DNA from: a virus
Strand: one strand, 5' to 3'
IMG/VR virus record: IMGVR_UViG_3300038425_000174
Length of the DNA: 64,000 bases
Part shown: positions 19,314-29,394 of the stretch, piece after piece
Position numbering within the stretch: position 1 is the first letter of the stretch
How the letters are laid out: each line of letters opens with the position of its first letter
Notes under the pieces: generated by a model
The model's database searches: none
Seen by the model: the letters and a program-made list of their open reading frames with translations, nothing else
What the model was told of the DNA's origin: nothing
Program-made: the position numbers and the translations under genes

Positions 19314-20177
19314 GTGAGACGGATGATCCTCGCCGCCTGCGCGGTGGCTATTGCCGGTTGCGGCGCCTCGCCCTCTCGCAGTCCGTCCACCTCGTCGCCC
19401 TGTAACCCAGCGCCCGGGAACGGTGTCATGGGGATCTGTATCCCCCACCGCGTTGGGGGTAGCTTGAACGCCCCGCGCGGGGCACTACTGCCGGACGTCA
19501 GCGAATACCAGGGTTGCCCCAGATGGCAAGAGGGTATCCCTGGCGTCACCTTCCGCGTCTATGAAGCCGGCACGGGACTCCAGGACCGTTCCGCCGCCTG
19601 CAACGCGCGCCGCCTGCGTCAGATAGGGGCGTGGGACGCCGCGTACGCCTTCCTGCGGCCCGGAAGCTGTACGGGGCAGGCAGACCGTACGGTAGCGATC
19701 CTCAGGGCCGTAGGCGGCATCTCTGGGCCTGTCGTGGCCGATGCGGAGGTCCCGCTGCCGGCGGGGTTCGTGGCTTGCTTCGACGCCCGTGTGGCGCGTG
19801 ACATGGGGAATGACGCCCAGGTTGACTACTCCGCTCCGGGGACCTGGCCTGGGGGCTCCCCCACGAGACCTGTCTGGGTTGCGACCTACGGGCCGGCGCC
19901 GGGCTGCGTCGGTGGAGTGTGCTCACACGTCGCTTGGCAGTTCTCGGAAGACTTCAACTGCCACGGACTCGTCGGCGATTGCTCGCTCGACACGGGCATC
20001 ACCGCGATACGACAGCACGTCCTGAATCGAAGGCTGCTCGCCGAGCGGGAACTCCTCCGGGCCGATCTGATTCGCCACCGCTGTCGCGTAGCTCCCTATC
20101 ACGGGCGCGGTCGCTACCACCGAGTCTGTGCTCGCTGGCTGAAACGCGGCCGGGTGATTGACCGCGAGCTGAGATGA
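19314..20177 (+). CDS. GH25 muramidase endolysin with lipoprotein signal peptide
   Basis: PDVSEYQG, ADAE, WVATY and AWQFS GH25 motifs; MRR + hydrophobic stretch + IAGC lipobox; SD AGGAGG. Confidence 0.8.
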   Translation: MRRMILAACAVAIAGCGASPSRSPSTSSPCNPAPGNGVMGICIPHRVGGSLNAPRGALLPDVSEYQGCPRWQEGIPGVTFRVYEAGTGLQDRSAACNARRLRQIGAWDAAYAFLRPGSCTGQADRTVAILRAVGGISGPVVADAEVPLPAGFVACFDARVARDMGNDAQVDYSAPGTWPGGSPTRPVWVATYGPAPGCVGGVCSHVAWQFSEDFNCHGLVGDCSLDTGITAIRQHVLNRRLLAERELLRADLIRHRCRVAPYHGRGRYHRVCARWLKRGRVIDRELR

Positions 20178-20470
20178 ACACAGCCGAACGAGTCATCCAC
20201 GATCTTCAGCAGGCACATATCGCGCACTACCGAGCAAGGGAGAAGCAAGTGAACCTCACGGCCATACAGACCAGCGTCATTAGCCTCGTGGTAGCCGTCG
20301 CCGGCATCGCTGGGGCTCTCGGGTTTTGTGACACGGACCTCGAAAAGCTGATCGTCAGCACCGCGTCAGTGGTAATCCCGCTCGCATTCCAGCTTTATAT
20401 CGAGCTTGAGCGGAAAACCGTCACGCAGGCGAGGATCGCCGGTCTGCCGATCCGGAGCCGCCTGCCGTGA
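20174..20470 (+). CDS. Holin-like protein
   Basis: 98 aa, two TM segments, basic C-terminus; coupled to the endolysin by ATGA. Confidence 0.6.
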   Translation: MNTAERVIHDLQQAHIAHYRAREKQVNLTAIQTSVISLVVAVAGIAGALGFCDTDLEKLIVSTASVVIPLAFQLYIELERKTVTQARIAGLPIRSRLP

Positions 20471-21261
20471 GGCCCCGGATCACCAAGGGCTACGGATGGA
20501 TCGCAGATCTGCCCGATCCGCGTGACCGGAGTTACAACCTCGACGAGACGATCCTCAAGGCCGTGCAACTCCCGGCGAAGTTCTCGCTGCGGGAGAAGAT
20601 GCCGAGGATCTTCAACCAGCTCGCGCTCGGCTCCTGCACTGCCAACGGGATCGTTGCGGTACTGATGGCGGCGGGCATGAAACAGGGCGAGGCGGAACTA
20701 ATGCTCTCCCGGCTGTTCGTCTATTACGGCGAGCGTGTCATCGAGGGAACCGTCAACGAAGACTCGGGCGCCCAGATCCGTGACGGCATCAAGGTCGTGG
20801 CGAGCGAGGGCGCACCACCGGAGTCCGTGTGGCCCTACGACATTGCGGAGTTCGCGGTCAGGCCCCCGGCCGTGGCGTATGCGGACGCGAAGCACCACGA
20901 GGCGATCGTCTACCAGCGGATCAACCCGATCTCCCCCGGCGCCCCGCTGCGCACCGCGCTGTTCAATGGCTATCCGATCGTCAAGGGCTTCGCCGTACCC
21001 GAACGCTTCGAGAGCCCGTCATGGAATCCGGAGACCGAACCGCTGCCCCTGCCGACACCAAGCGAAGGATTCATCGGCGGGCACTGCACCGTGACGGTCG
21101 GCTGGGATTTCTCGCTCACGCGTTTCAAGGTCCCCGTGTTCGAGGAACGGAATAGCTGGGGCACAGGTTGGGGGGAAGACGGTTACTACTGGTCGGACGC
21201 GCGCTGGCTGTGGAACCCGGAATTGAGTTCGGACTTCTGGTGTATCCGTCGCGCGAGCTAA
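20467..21261 (+). CDS. Papain-family (C1A) cysteine peptidase
   Basis: YGWIADLPDPRD, NQLALGSCTA (Gln/Cys), GGHC (His), RNSWGTGWG (Asn). Confidence 0.9.
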   Translation: MRPRITKGYGWIADLPDPRDRSYNLDETILKAVQLPAKFSLREKMPRIFNQLALGSCTANGIVAVLMAAGMKQGEAELMLSRLFVYYGERVIEGTVNEDSGAQIRDGIKVVASEGAPPESVWPYDIAEFAVRPPAVAYADAKHHEAIVYQRINPISPGAPLRTALFNGYPIVKGFAVPERFESPSWNPETEPLPLPTPSEGFIGGHCTVTVGWDFSLTRFKVPVFEERNSWGTGWGEDGYYWSDARWLWNPELSSDFWCIRRAS

Positions 21262-21277
21262 CGGACGGCCGCGCCCT

Positions 21278-21463
21278 GTGGCACTTCTCGAACACGACCC
21301 CTGCGCCTACTGCGGCGCTCCACACGAGCAGGTCGATCACATCGAGCCGGTGGCCCGCGGCGGGATAACCGAATGGGCCAACCTCACGAGTGCCTGTCGC
21401 CCGTGCAATAGGAGCAAGCGCGACATCCCACTGCTTCTCTGGATGCTCCGTAGGGCGTCGTGA
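21278..21463 (+). CDS. Minimal HNH endonuclease
   Basis: CAYCG...VDHIEPVARGG...NLTSACRPCNRSK. Confidence 0.8.
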   Translation: MALLEHDPCAYCGAPHEQVDHIEPVARGGITEWANLTSACRPCNRSKRDIPLLLWMLRRAS

Positions 21464-21562
21464 GTGTCCGGCTAGCTCTGTACCCGCTCTAACGCGTAGA
21501 TCTAGCAGCCGGGCGTCGTAAGCGGGTTTCGCCTTCGCGCCTAAGTTTGAGGATGTGCCCGA

Positions 21563-21716
21563 GAACCCCAAACGAGCAAGGTGCGTCGCCCGCCCACCTA
21601 GCTTTGATCTTGTGGCTACGAACCGAAACGAGCAAGGGGTGTCGGTCGGGGGTCTAGCTTTCGATCCCGTGGAACCCAAACGAACAGAGAGTGTGGGTCG
21701 GGCGTCTAACTTTCCC
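21563..21716 (+). repeat. Three imperfect tandem 52-57 bp repeats, each ending in a TA(G/A)CTT -10-like hexamer
   Basis: Units start at 21563, 21620 and 21672 (GAACCnAAACGA..AAG...GT....GTCG..CTA(G/A)CTTT). The last -10 is 7 nt before an in-frame ATG at 21720. Confidence 0.75.
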
Positions 21717-21719
21717 GGC

Positions 21720-22988
21720 ATGGCGACCAATCCGAGGAGGACCGTGACCAGGCCATCCAACGACGTGATTGCGGAGGCTTACGCGAACGCCGGCTCCATA
21801 CGGCAGACGGCCGACGCCCTGGGCTGGGGCGAGACGACGCTCCGGGGCTGGGCCAAGAAGGACCCAGAGCTGGCGGCTCTGTTCTACGGGGAGCGGGACC
21901 AGTCTCTCCAGTTCACCCTCGCGTCGAAGGACGCCGAGCTGCGGGAGCTACGCCGCGATCACAAGAAGCTCGTCGAGCTGCTCGGGAAGCGGCAGGAGTG
22001 GGTGAGCGAGATGGTCGAGGCGGCGCGCGTGCCGGTGAAGACGCCGAGCTACCGCAAGCGCGATTCGCGCGTGAAGAACCTGGCGAAGCGCCCCGAGCGT
22101 TCCGTCGTCCTGCCAATCTTCGACCTTCAGTATGGACAGCACGTCAGCCACGAGGATGTCGCTCTCGGGCGCGGCGCTTTCGACGAGGGGATATTCGACG
22201 CACGCCTCGCGGCTTACGTCGAGAAGGTGTCCGCCCTCCTCGCGGATCGGGCGGCGACCACGCAGTTCACGGAGCTGCATATCGTGCTTGGCGGGGATCT
22301 CGTGGAGGGAGACCAGATCTTTGCCGGCCAGGCGTGGCAGCTGGAAAAGCACCCGATCCGACAGGTACTTGACCTCCGCGTGAAGCTGGGCTCGGCTCTG
22401 GGGTATCTGATCGAGTTCGCGCACAAGGACCTCGACGTCCAGCGGGTGGCCCTGTACGGAGTCCCCGGTAACCACGGCAAGGTCGGCGGCAAGCGTGCCG
22501 GCGCCATCCCTGCCGACTACTCGTGGGACTGGCTGGTCACCGAGTTGATCTTCGACGCGCTTCGCGAGCACGCGATAGACCTCCGGGTGAACGAGGCGGC
22601 CGGGGCGCTCCTGTTCGAGACGCTCGGGCACAAGTTCCTTGTGATCCACGGCGACGAGATCAAGGGCCAGATGAGCATTCCCTTCTACGGTCTCGTGCGC
22701 TTTGACGGGCGCGCGATGCGCCTGGCGGAAACGGTCTACGACTATTGTCTGCTCGGGCATCATCATCAACCTGCCTCCATTCCGAATGGTAGTGGTGGTG
22801 AGTTTTTCGTATCCGGCGACTGGGTCGGCGGGAACAACCTTTCCAAGCACATCGTTGCTGCTTCGAGGCCGCAGCAAAGAGTCCTCCTCATCAGCGCGAA
22901 GCACGGTATCACGGAGGACAGTCGGATCTACTTCGACGACCGCCGAGATCGCAAACCGCCCGTAGTCCACAACGTGAGGACGGCATGA
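21720..22988 (+). CDS. HTH-coiled coil-calcineurin-like metallophosphoesterase
   Basis: DLQYG, GGDLVEG, GNHG, HGD and GHHH motifs; N-terminal HTH SIRQTADALGWGETTLRGW. Start is 21720 (leaderless) or GTG 21744 (SD). Confidence 0.85.
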   Translation: MATNPRRTVTRPSNDVIAEAYANAGSIRQTADALGWGETTLRGWAKKDPELAALFYGERDQSLQFTLASKDAELRELRRDHKKLVELLGKRQEWVSEMVEAARVPVKTPSYRKRDSRVKNLAKRPERSVVLPIFDLQYGQHVSHEDVALGRGAFDEGIFDARLAAYVEKVSALLADRAATTQFTELHIVLGGDLVEGDQIFAGQAWQLEKHPIRQVLDLRVKLGSALGYLIEFAHKDLDVQRVALYGVPGNHGKVGGKRAGAIPADYSWDWLVTELIFDALREHAIDLRVNEAAGALLFETLGHKFLVIHGDEIKGQMSIPFYGLVRFDGRAMRLAETVYDYCLLGHHHQPASIPNGSGGEFFVSGDWVGGNNLSKHIVAASRPQQRVLLISAKHGITEDSRIYFDDRRDRKPPVVHNVRTA

Positions 22989-23272
22989 GGCCGGTACGTC
23001 ACAAGGGCAGCGACGTGATCTACCGCGGGCCGGCTCCGGGTATAGGGGATCTCTGGTGCCAGCGCATTGCGCCCGGCCAGATCCGGGTCGTCTACGAGCT
23101 AGACGACAAAGACCGTCGCGTGATCGCTGAGGGCGGACGGATCGAGCTGGCGATGTTCTCCGAGCCAATACCGCCGATCAGCATGATCGTTCTGCCCGAG
23201 TCGATGTGTCGCCCGGTGGCCGAGCACGGCTGGAAGGATCAGCGGTACGACGATCCCTTGGAGACAGCATGA
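22985..23272 (+). CDS. Hypothetical protein
   Basis: ATGA-coupled in the operon. Confidence 0.55.
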   Translation: MRPVRHKGSDVIYRGPAPGIGDLWCQRIAPGQIRVVYELDDKDRRVIAEGGRIELAMFSEPIPPISMIVLPESMCRPVAEHGWKDQRYDDPLETA

Positions 23273-23435
23273 ACTTTCATGGGCCGCAGCTCCGCACGGG
23301 TGATCACCGTCGTCGCGGGCTCGTGGTAAACCGGCAGCCGGGGGCGACTCCTACCCGCCCCATTCACGTGGCGGCTGCGGCGACGACCCGTAACGGGCGC
23401 CCATGCACCTCCCTGCGGGACACGAGGGCCGCCTG

Positions 23436-23762
23436 ATGGGTCGACCGACTGTGATCCCGCCCGGTACCAAGATCGGTTTCACTAGGCCCAGTTCTCATGC
23501 GTACAAGGATTACGGCGGCCGTGGCATCACGGTGTGCGAGAGGTGGACCGACTTTAGAGCCTTCCTGGAAGACGTAGGCGAATGCCCTGGTGACGGGTAC
23601 ACCCTGGACCGTATAGACAACGACGGCAACTACGAGCCCGGGAATGTGCGCTCGGAGGAGCAGGGGTGGAACAAGCGCAGTGTAGAGCTAGCTAAGCGCG
23701 TTCGGGACGCTGTCCAGTTTCTCCAAAAGCACGCCCCTGAAGAGTTGGCGGCGAAGCTATGA
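23436..23762 (+). CDS. Degenerate HNH homing-endonuclease-like protein
   Basis: [15 protein letters not shown]...[17 protein letters not shown]; the usual N-terminal part is missing. Confidence 0.7.
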   Translation: MGRPTVIPPGTKIGFTRPSSHAYKDYGGRGITVCERWTDFRAFLEDVGECPGDGYTLDRIDNDGNYEPGNVRSEEQGWNKRSVELAKRVRDAVQFLQKHAPEELAAKL

Positions 23763-24007
23763 CACATCCTCTACCCAGCCCTGTCTGCCGATCCGGCTAT
23801 CCAGAGTCCCAGTTGCGCGAAATCCTGAAGGACCAGTTCGATTCCTTCGGGAGGTGGATGGATGGACAGACCGTCACATTGTGCGAGGGGCGCTACTGGG
23901 ATCACGTGTTTCAGAAGTACGTGCCGGACGGCTGCGGCCCGCACGGACCCGTCGTCTATCGCTGGGATCTCGAACGGTTCCTTCATGGCCTTCCGGTGGT
24001 GGACTGA
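23759..24007 (+). CDS. Hypothetical protein
   Basis: Overlap-coupled ORF chain. Confidence 0.55.
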   Translation: MTHPLPSPVCRSGYPESQLREILKDQFDSFGRWMDGQTVTLCEGRYWDHVFQKYVPDGCGPHGPVVYRWDLERFLHGLPVVD

Positions 24008-24237
24008 TGTCCGCCGAGGGGTACCGGGAGTTCGCTGAGGAGAGTCTGGAACTCTCGGAGCTGGCCATCCAGCTCGCTATCGACGTGGATGAAGACTTCC
24101 GTGATCCCGGGAAGCTTCCCTGTCCGGACTGCGGGGCGCGGGTGGGTGACTACTGCGTCACCTCGACAGGTGAGCGTACCGGCGACCACAGCATACGGCG
24201 ACGGCTAGCAAAGTACAAGCCCGTGGAGGAACGATGA
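24007..24237 (+). CDS. Small zinc-finger protein
   Basis: CPDCGARVGDYC...H; TGATG coupling. Confidence 0.55.
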   Translation: MSAEGYREFAEESLELSELAIQLAIDVDEDFRDPGKLPCPDCGARVGDYCVTSTGERTGDHSIRRRLAKYKPVEER

Positions 24238-24539
24238 AGCTCGAAATCCGCGATAACCTGCCTACCGAGATCGTCGTCCGATTGTCCCGACGGAATCTCC
24301 AGTCACTTCTACACAAGCTCGACTGGGAGGGCTCTCACAGGAGCATCCAGCGGCAGGAGCGCTCGCACGGACCGATCCTCACAGTCATCGCCGAGGATGA
24401 CCCCGAACACTACGTGGACAGGACTCCCGGACCGATGCACCCGATCACCGAGGCGGCGATCACCAAGTCGGACATGCTCGACGCGATGGAAGCGCTCATC
24501 CACGATCGCGGCTTCGAGGACTACGTTCACCATGACTGA
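24234..24539 (+). CDS. Hypothetical protein
   Basis: ATGA coupling; SD GGAGG. Confidence 0.55.
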   Translation: MKLEIRDNLPTEIVVRLSRRNLQSLLHKLDWEGSHRSIQRQERSHGPILTVIAEDDPEHYVDRTPGPMHPITEAAITKSDMLDAMEALIHDRGFEDYVHHD

Positions 24540-25005
24540 GACCCATGAACAGCTCGTGACGATCCGGTTCATTGAGAGGTGGCCTGCCCACGAACCCCGG
24601 GAGAATGATCCGAACTATCATTTCTTCCGCGAGGCCAAAGCGCGTCTCAAGAAGGCGGGTCTGCTCAAGTGCGTGGTGGACAGCGACTACCACGAGGGAC
24701 CGGTGGAGCTGCACCATAGCGTCGTCGAGTTCGCCCACATCAACGACGTGTCGGTAGATAGGCTGAATGCCGCGTACGGGCTGCACCTGACGGACGAGCA
24801 GTTCCAGGAATTCGTCGAGGGGGTGCCCGCAGTCAACGAGCACGGCGAGCAGGTCAACTCGCTGGAGCCTCTTTGCCGGCTTCACCACAGAGGAACCGAG
24901 GGGATTCACAGCCTGCCGACACCGGAGTGGGCTGTGCTGCGCGTCGCCAAGCCGGGCCGGCAGATAGCGATGGCCCGGTCCAACACTGGGGTCCCGGTGG
25001 TCTGA
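24532..25005 (+). CDS. HNH-like hypothetical protein
   Basis: VELHH...NSLEPLCRLHHRG pattern resembles a His-Me finger. Confidence 0.5.
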   Translation: MTETHEQLVTIRFIERWPAHEPRENDPNYHFFREAKARLKKAGLLKCVVDSDYHEGPVELHHSVVEFAHINDVSVDRLNAAYGLHLTDEQFQEFVEGVPAVNEHGEQVNSLEPLCRLHHRGTEGIHSLPTPEWAVLRVAKPGRQIAMARSNTGVPVV

Positions 25006-25514
25006 TGTCCATCAAGCACTGCACCCGCTGTCAGACGACGAAACCCCGCTCCGAGTTCGGGCGGGACCGGAGCCGTAGGGACGGTCTCTATCCCTGGTGC
25101 AAGCCCTGTAAGAGGACTAACGCGAAAATCTGTAGGGAACGCTCACCTGAGGAGGCTCGCACCAGAACCGAGCGGTATCAGGCCAAACGCGATGCGAACA
25201 TCGAGGCGCGCACTCGTTACCTCCAAAGAGCTGCCGCGTACACCCTCCAGAAACGCTACGGGATCACGACGGCCGACTACAATGTGATCTGGGACGGACA
25301 GGGTGGCATCTGCGCGATCTGCGGTAGACCGCCTAAAGCCGGCCGCTGGGGCTCCCTACAAGTAGACCACGACCACGACACCGGGGAGATCCGCGGACTG
25401 CTCTGCTTTTCCTGCAACGCCGGCCTCGGCCAGCTCGGTGATTCTCCCGAGAGCCTAGAACGCGCGCTTTGCTACGTCGCCTCCCACACCCCGATTGGCA
25501 CGGTCACCGCATGA
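25005..25514 (+). CDS. Recombination endonuclease VII-like protein
   Basis: CAICG...VDHDHDTGEIRGLLCFSCNAGLG. Confidence 0.9.
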   Translation: MSIKHCTRCQTTKPRSEFGRDRSRRDGLYPWCKPCKRTNAKICRERSPEEARTRTERYQAKRDANIEARTRYLQRAAAYTLQKRYGITTADYNVIWDGQGGICAICGRPPKAGRWGSLQVDHDHDTGEIRGLLCFSCNAGLGQLGDSPESLERALCYVASHTPIGTVTA

Positions 25515-26682
25515 CCCCCCTTCCAGAGGCACGCTGGTCGAAGGAAAACCCTCCCGGGTCCATCCTCCGGGAGTCTCTCTGCGAGCGGCTCCAGGCCCTC
25601 ATCGAACGGGTCGCCGAGGAAGATCGGAAGGTCAGGGAAGCGAGCGTGAAGTCACAATGAGGATCGGCCCACTCGGACTGGACGTGACTCGCCCCGGCGT
25701 TGGCGGCTGGGCCAACCTGGAGGTACTCCGACGCCGCCGATACCTCGCGATGCTCCGGCTCCCCTACGGCCGTGTCTTCACCTGTTCATGGACGGACAAA
25801 CGATGAACTACACGACCGAAACTTACACGACCAAGGTCTTCCGAAGATTCGACGTCCCGCCCTGGGTCTGTGGTCTCTACCGTAAGCCTCGATTTGCCCG
25901 TCTGCGGTGGTTCCTGAGGCGCGTGTGGCCAATTCAGGCCGATCCTATAGGTGGGCTGGAGCTGAGCGTACTCAGAGGCTTAGAACGGGATTATCAGCTC
26001 CGGCTCGACAGGCGGATCTCGGGAATCTACGCGACGCCATCTCGCCGGGAAGCCTACGACGCAGCCTACGGCGACGGTGCTTGCGAGCGGGACCGTGCCA
26101 TTTGCGCGTCTGCCGGCGTCAGGACCGAGCACCTCGACTACGTATTTGGACCGATCCGCGAACGCCAAGATGGCGAGCGTGTCGACCCCGAGACGATGGG
26201 ACACGGATGATGACCCTGTCCGACCCCCTCAATACGGCAGGGAATCGAGGCCGGCTGGCCCGTCCCCCGCGAGTGATGTTCGACCGGGCGCTGGCGCGGC
26301 TGATGGGCCTTCGCGTTACCGAAGATGACGACGGCGTGATCGGCGTACACGTTCCGGGTTGGGTTGCTGCCCGGCCGCGCCTCATAGACGCCGTTGCTGA
26401 GGGCGTCAAGCGCGCCCTCCGGGGGAACGACCGATGACGACGGAGATCCGCCTTGTTGTGACAGGTTACTGTCCGCCGGACCCTCCGATACCACCGCCGA
26501 TCGAGACATACTGCCGCAGGCAGCCGCGGGGGCCGTGTGAGCACGAGGGTATGTGGACGTCCGGTGCTCGTGCCGGTGTGGCGATCTGCTTCGACTGTGG
26601 CGGCGAATGGGCTCCCCTCGAAACCGACTGGGAACGCCGTGCTCGCGAGATCGCGCTGCGGTTACCTCTGGAGGGACGATGA
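25511..26682 (+). CDS. Run of five small coupled hypothetical ORFs (25511-25660, 25657-25806, 25803-26210, 26207-26437, 26434-26682)
   Basis: Consecutive ATGA overlaps; no recognisable motifs except a Cys cluster in the last ORF. Confidence 0.5.
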
Positions 26683-27230
26683 CCTGCATCGCCGGCATTG
26701 AGTACGATGGCAAGGTCTGGATTGGCGGGGACTCTGCCGGGTCGGATGGCTACTACCTGACCATCCGCGCCGACGAGAAGGTGTGGACGAACAACGATTT
26801 CGCGTTTGGCTTCACCAGCTCCTTTCGCATGGGGCAACTCCTGCGATACAAGCTGAAGCTCCCGCCTGAGCGGCACGAGGTTGATAGTGACCCAGTCGCC
26901 GAGCTGGAGTTCATGTCCACCGTGTTCATCGACGAGGTGCGCGAGACGCTCAAAGACGGCGGCTTCGCCAAGCTAGAGAATGGCGTCGAGCGGGGTGGCT
27001 CGTTTCTGGTGGGCTGGCGCGGCCGGCTCTACATGGTCCACGAGGACTTCCAAGTCGGTCGTGCCCTACAGGGTTTCTACACCATCGGCTCAGGCGGCGC
27101 GCACGCCGAAGGAGCGCTCTACGCGCTTCGGGGCGTAGGGCAACCGGAGGAGAGACTCCGGGTCGCCCTTGAGGCGGCAGAGGCCCTTGTGGGCTCCGTG
27201 CAGGGTCCCTTCAAGGTGGTGAGTGTATGA
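26679..27230 (+). CDS. HslV/proteasome-beta-like Ntn hydrolase (Thr protease)
   Basis: Starts M-T-C-I-A-G; IGGDSAG, EKVW, IGSGGAHAEGAL. Confidence 0.75.
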   Translation: MTCIAGIEYDGKVWIGGDSAGSDGYYLTIRADEKVWTNNDFAFGFTSSFRMGQLLRYKLKLPPERHEVDSDPVAELEFMSTVFIDEVRETLKDGGFAKLENGVERGGSFLVGWRGRLYMVHEDFQVGRALQGFYTIGSGGAHAEGALYALRGVGQPEERLRVALEAAEALVGSVQGPFKVVSV

Positions 27231-27400
27231 CCGTCTACGCCGTCTGGGAGCATGAATTCGAGTACGACGAGCTGATCGGGCTGTTTCACAGGAAGAGTGA
27301 TGCTGAGGCTAGGGCTGCTGAAAATCCGGTGGGCAATCTCCCCGGTCAGTGGCCTGACAATCGCGGAAGCTGGACTGTCGAGGAGCACGAGGTCCTATGA
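27227..27400 (+). CDS. Small hypothetical protein (57 aa, MTVYAVWEHE...)
   Basis: ATGA overlaps at both ends. Confidence 0.55.
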   Translation: MTVYAVWEHEFEYDELIGLFHRKSDAEARAAENPVGNLPGQWPDNRGSWTVEEHEVL

Positions 27401-27843
27401 GGTCCCCGGAGAAAGAAACCGTGAGCACCGAAGAGCTGGTCCTAGAGTGGCTGACATGTGCGTCGCAGGAGATCATGTCCGGGCAGATGCTGCGACACGT
27501 CGAGCCCAGGGTGTGGCTCGACCCGCTGACCGAAGACCTCACTGCGCAGCTATTCACCTACGTACTCGCCGAGAAGATTCTGACCGAGGACCGTAAGGAG
27601 TGGTTCGAAGGTCACGCCACCCTGGAGAAGTCGCTGACGTTCCGCGAGGCGCTGCGCCTGGTCTTCCATCGGAACCGCACGGTCACCCAGGTGACCGACG
27701 TGCAGGGCTACGTGGACATCCACGTCGCGCACTACGAGACGTTTCCCGAGAGCCGGATCGACTACCCCAAGAACCTCGGAAGGGCCGTGCCACTGACGAA
27801 ACTGCACGCCGGCCGATCACACCTCCACCAGGGGGACGCATGA
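27397..27843 (+). CDS. Hypothetical protein
   Basis: ATGA-coupled. Confidence 0.5.
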   Translation: MRSPEKETVSTEELVLEWLTCASQEIMSGQMLRHVEPRVWLDPLTEDLTAQLFTYVLAEKILTEDRKEWFEGHATLEKSLTFREALRLVFHRNRTVTQVTDVQGYVDIHVAHYETFPESRIDYPKNLGRAVPLTKLHAGRSHLHQGDA

Positions 27844-27851
27844 CGTCCGAG

Positions 27852-29273
27852 TCACGCAGCCGCCTGGAGAGGGTCGGCCTGCAAATCCTCCACGAGCGGG
27901 GGCAGGGGCTCACTGGCACCGTGTTCGGTGAGGTTGACACGCTCAGCGACGGGCCGGCGTCCCTTCCGGCGCCGCACGGCGATCGTCTCAAAGCCCGCGT
28001 CGAGCAGTCGGCGTAGCTGGTCTGAAGTGTGCTCACCGGCTGTGACTAGCTGCGGGTCGATCTGCCGTAGTGGCGTCGCCTGCTTCGCGAGCGCCTGACA
28101 TTCGGCCTGGTCTACTTCGATCTGATCCTTGCGCGCCTGCAACGCCGGGTGGTAGCCGTCGCCGAGGATACGGCGAGCAGTGGCGTCCGCCGCGAAGGTT
28201 GCCAGCTCGTCCTCTGAGTCTTCACGTTTGCGCTCAGCCGCCGCTAGGGCGCTGGAGAGATCCTCGGTTGGCGCCGCGTAGGGCGTCTTCCAGTAGTGGC
28301 GCAGGACCGTCAGGCAGTAACGCTCCAGCCGGTTGGCGAGGATCGTGGGCGGCGAGGGGCAGCCGCTGTTGCGGCATCCATAGGTCCGTTCGCCGTTTGT
28401 GTTCGAGCCGACCAGCGGGCCGCCGCAGTGGGCGCAGGAAGCGATGCCGCTCAGCGGGAACTCGCGGCTGCGGCGCTTTTTCCGGGTCGGTGCCGGTTGG
28501 GCAGCTTCCCACTCGCGCCGGCTGACGATCGGCTCATGGGCATCCTTTTGGCACAGCTCGCCAAAGGTCACTTCGCCGAGGTAGGTCCGGCTCGCGACCA
28601 TCCGCCGGACCCGAGTCGTCGTCCATTTGCGGTCCGGGGAGGCCTGGCGCAGGTACTCAGCTGCCACGCTGAGATCCAGGGCTGCCCGGCGGAACGCCTC
28701 GCGGACGATCGATGCCCGGTCGGGATCGGATTTGAGCCGGCCGTCGCTGCCGCGTACGTAGCCGAAGGTCACTGCGCCGATCTGCTTGCCTTCCCCGATG
28801 GCCTTGACCTGGGCGGCGCGGGTCCGTTCCTCCGTGGAGCGTTTCTGGTACTCGGAGACGACCGCCATCATCGTCCCGTTCATCCACTGGGCAGCGCTAG
28901 CGTCGCTGACGGCACCAAAGTCCAGCGTCAGGATGTTATCCACGCGCCTGCCGACTTCTTCCTTGATCCGTACGCCGCGGAAGAGCCGGTCGAAGTAGCC
29001 GGCCACGATCATGTCGGCCTCGCCGCGCTCGACGGCTTCTACGGCCTCGCGAAGCCCCTGGCGCTTCTCCAGCGGCGCGTCCCCTTTCACGTCGATTTCC
29101 TCGGTGCAGCGCAGCAGGGTATAGCCGTGGAGCTGGCAGGCGGCCTCCATGCGCTCGCGCTGCTCGTCGGGGGATTTGAAGTGCTCGTCCTCGCGCCCGC
29201 CGCGCTGGGAGACTCGGACGATGCCGATGGCTCGTTTCTGGCGCTGGGCCTGGTCTTCGTTCTTGCGCTCCAC
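27852..29273 (-). CDS. Large serine recombinase (integrase)
   Basis: IVRVS catalytic Ser, DRLFR, recombinase domain YLGEV, Zn ribbon CAHCGG...YGC..C, coiled coil. SD AAGGAG before GTG 29273 (alternative TTG 29300). Confidence 0.95.
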   Translation of the reverse strand: MERKNEDQAQRQKRAIGIVRVSQRGGREDEHFKSPDEQRERMEAACQLHGYTLLRCTEEIDVKGDAPLEKRQGLREAVEAVERGEADMIVAGYFDRLFRGVRIKEEVGRRVDNILTLDFGAVSDASAAQWMNGTMMAVVSEYQKRSTEERTRAAQVKAIGEGKQIGAVTFGYVRGSDGRLKSDPDRASIVREAFRRAALDLSVAAEYLRQASPDRKWTTTRVRRMVASRTYLGEVTFGELCQKDAHEPIVSRREWEAAQPAPTRKKRRSREFPLSGIASCAHCGGPLVGSNTNGERTYGCRNSGCPSPPTILANRLERYCLTVLRHYWKTPYAAPTEDLSSALAAAERKREDSEDELATFAADATARRILGDGYHPALQARKDQIEVDQAECQALAKQATPLRQIDPQLVTAGEHTSDQLRRLLDAGFETIAVRRRKGRRPVAERVNLTEHGASEPLPPLVEDLQADPLQAAA

Positions 29274-29394
29274 GGTGATCTCCTTAGGTATCGGCTCCAA
29301 AGCTGTTCTGCTTTAGGGAGCGTTGGTGGACAGCAGCGTCCGTTGATGCACATAAGCCTACCACGGTCCGCCGACGTCCGCAAGCTCCATCGGC

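Noticed and set aside
21240-21463. Peptidase and following HNH both end in W-x-x-RRAS
   Set aside because: DNA sequences differ at many positions; too short to infer a duplication.
21563-21716. Possible CRISPR or TIGR-type array
   Set aside because: Only three degenerate units, no unique spacers, no cas or Nop-domain gene; better explained as tandem promoters.
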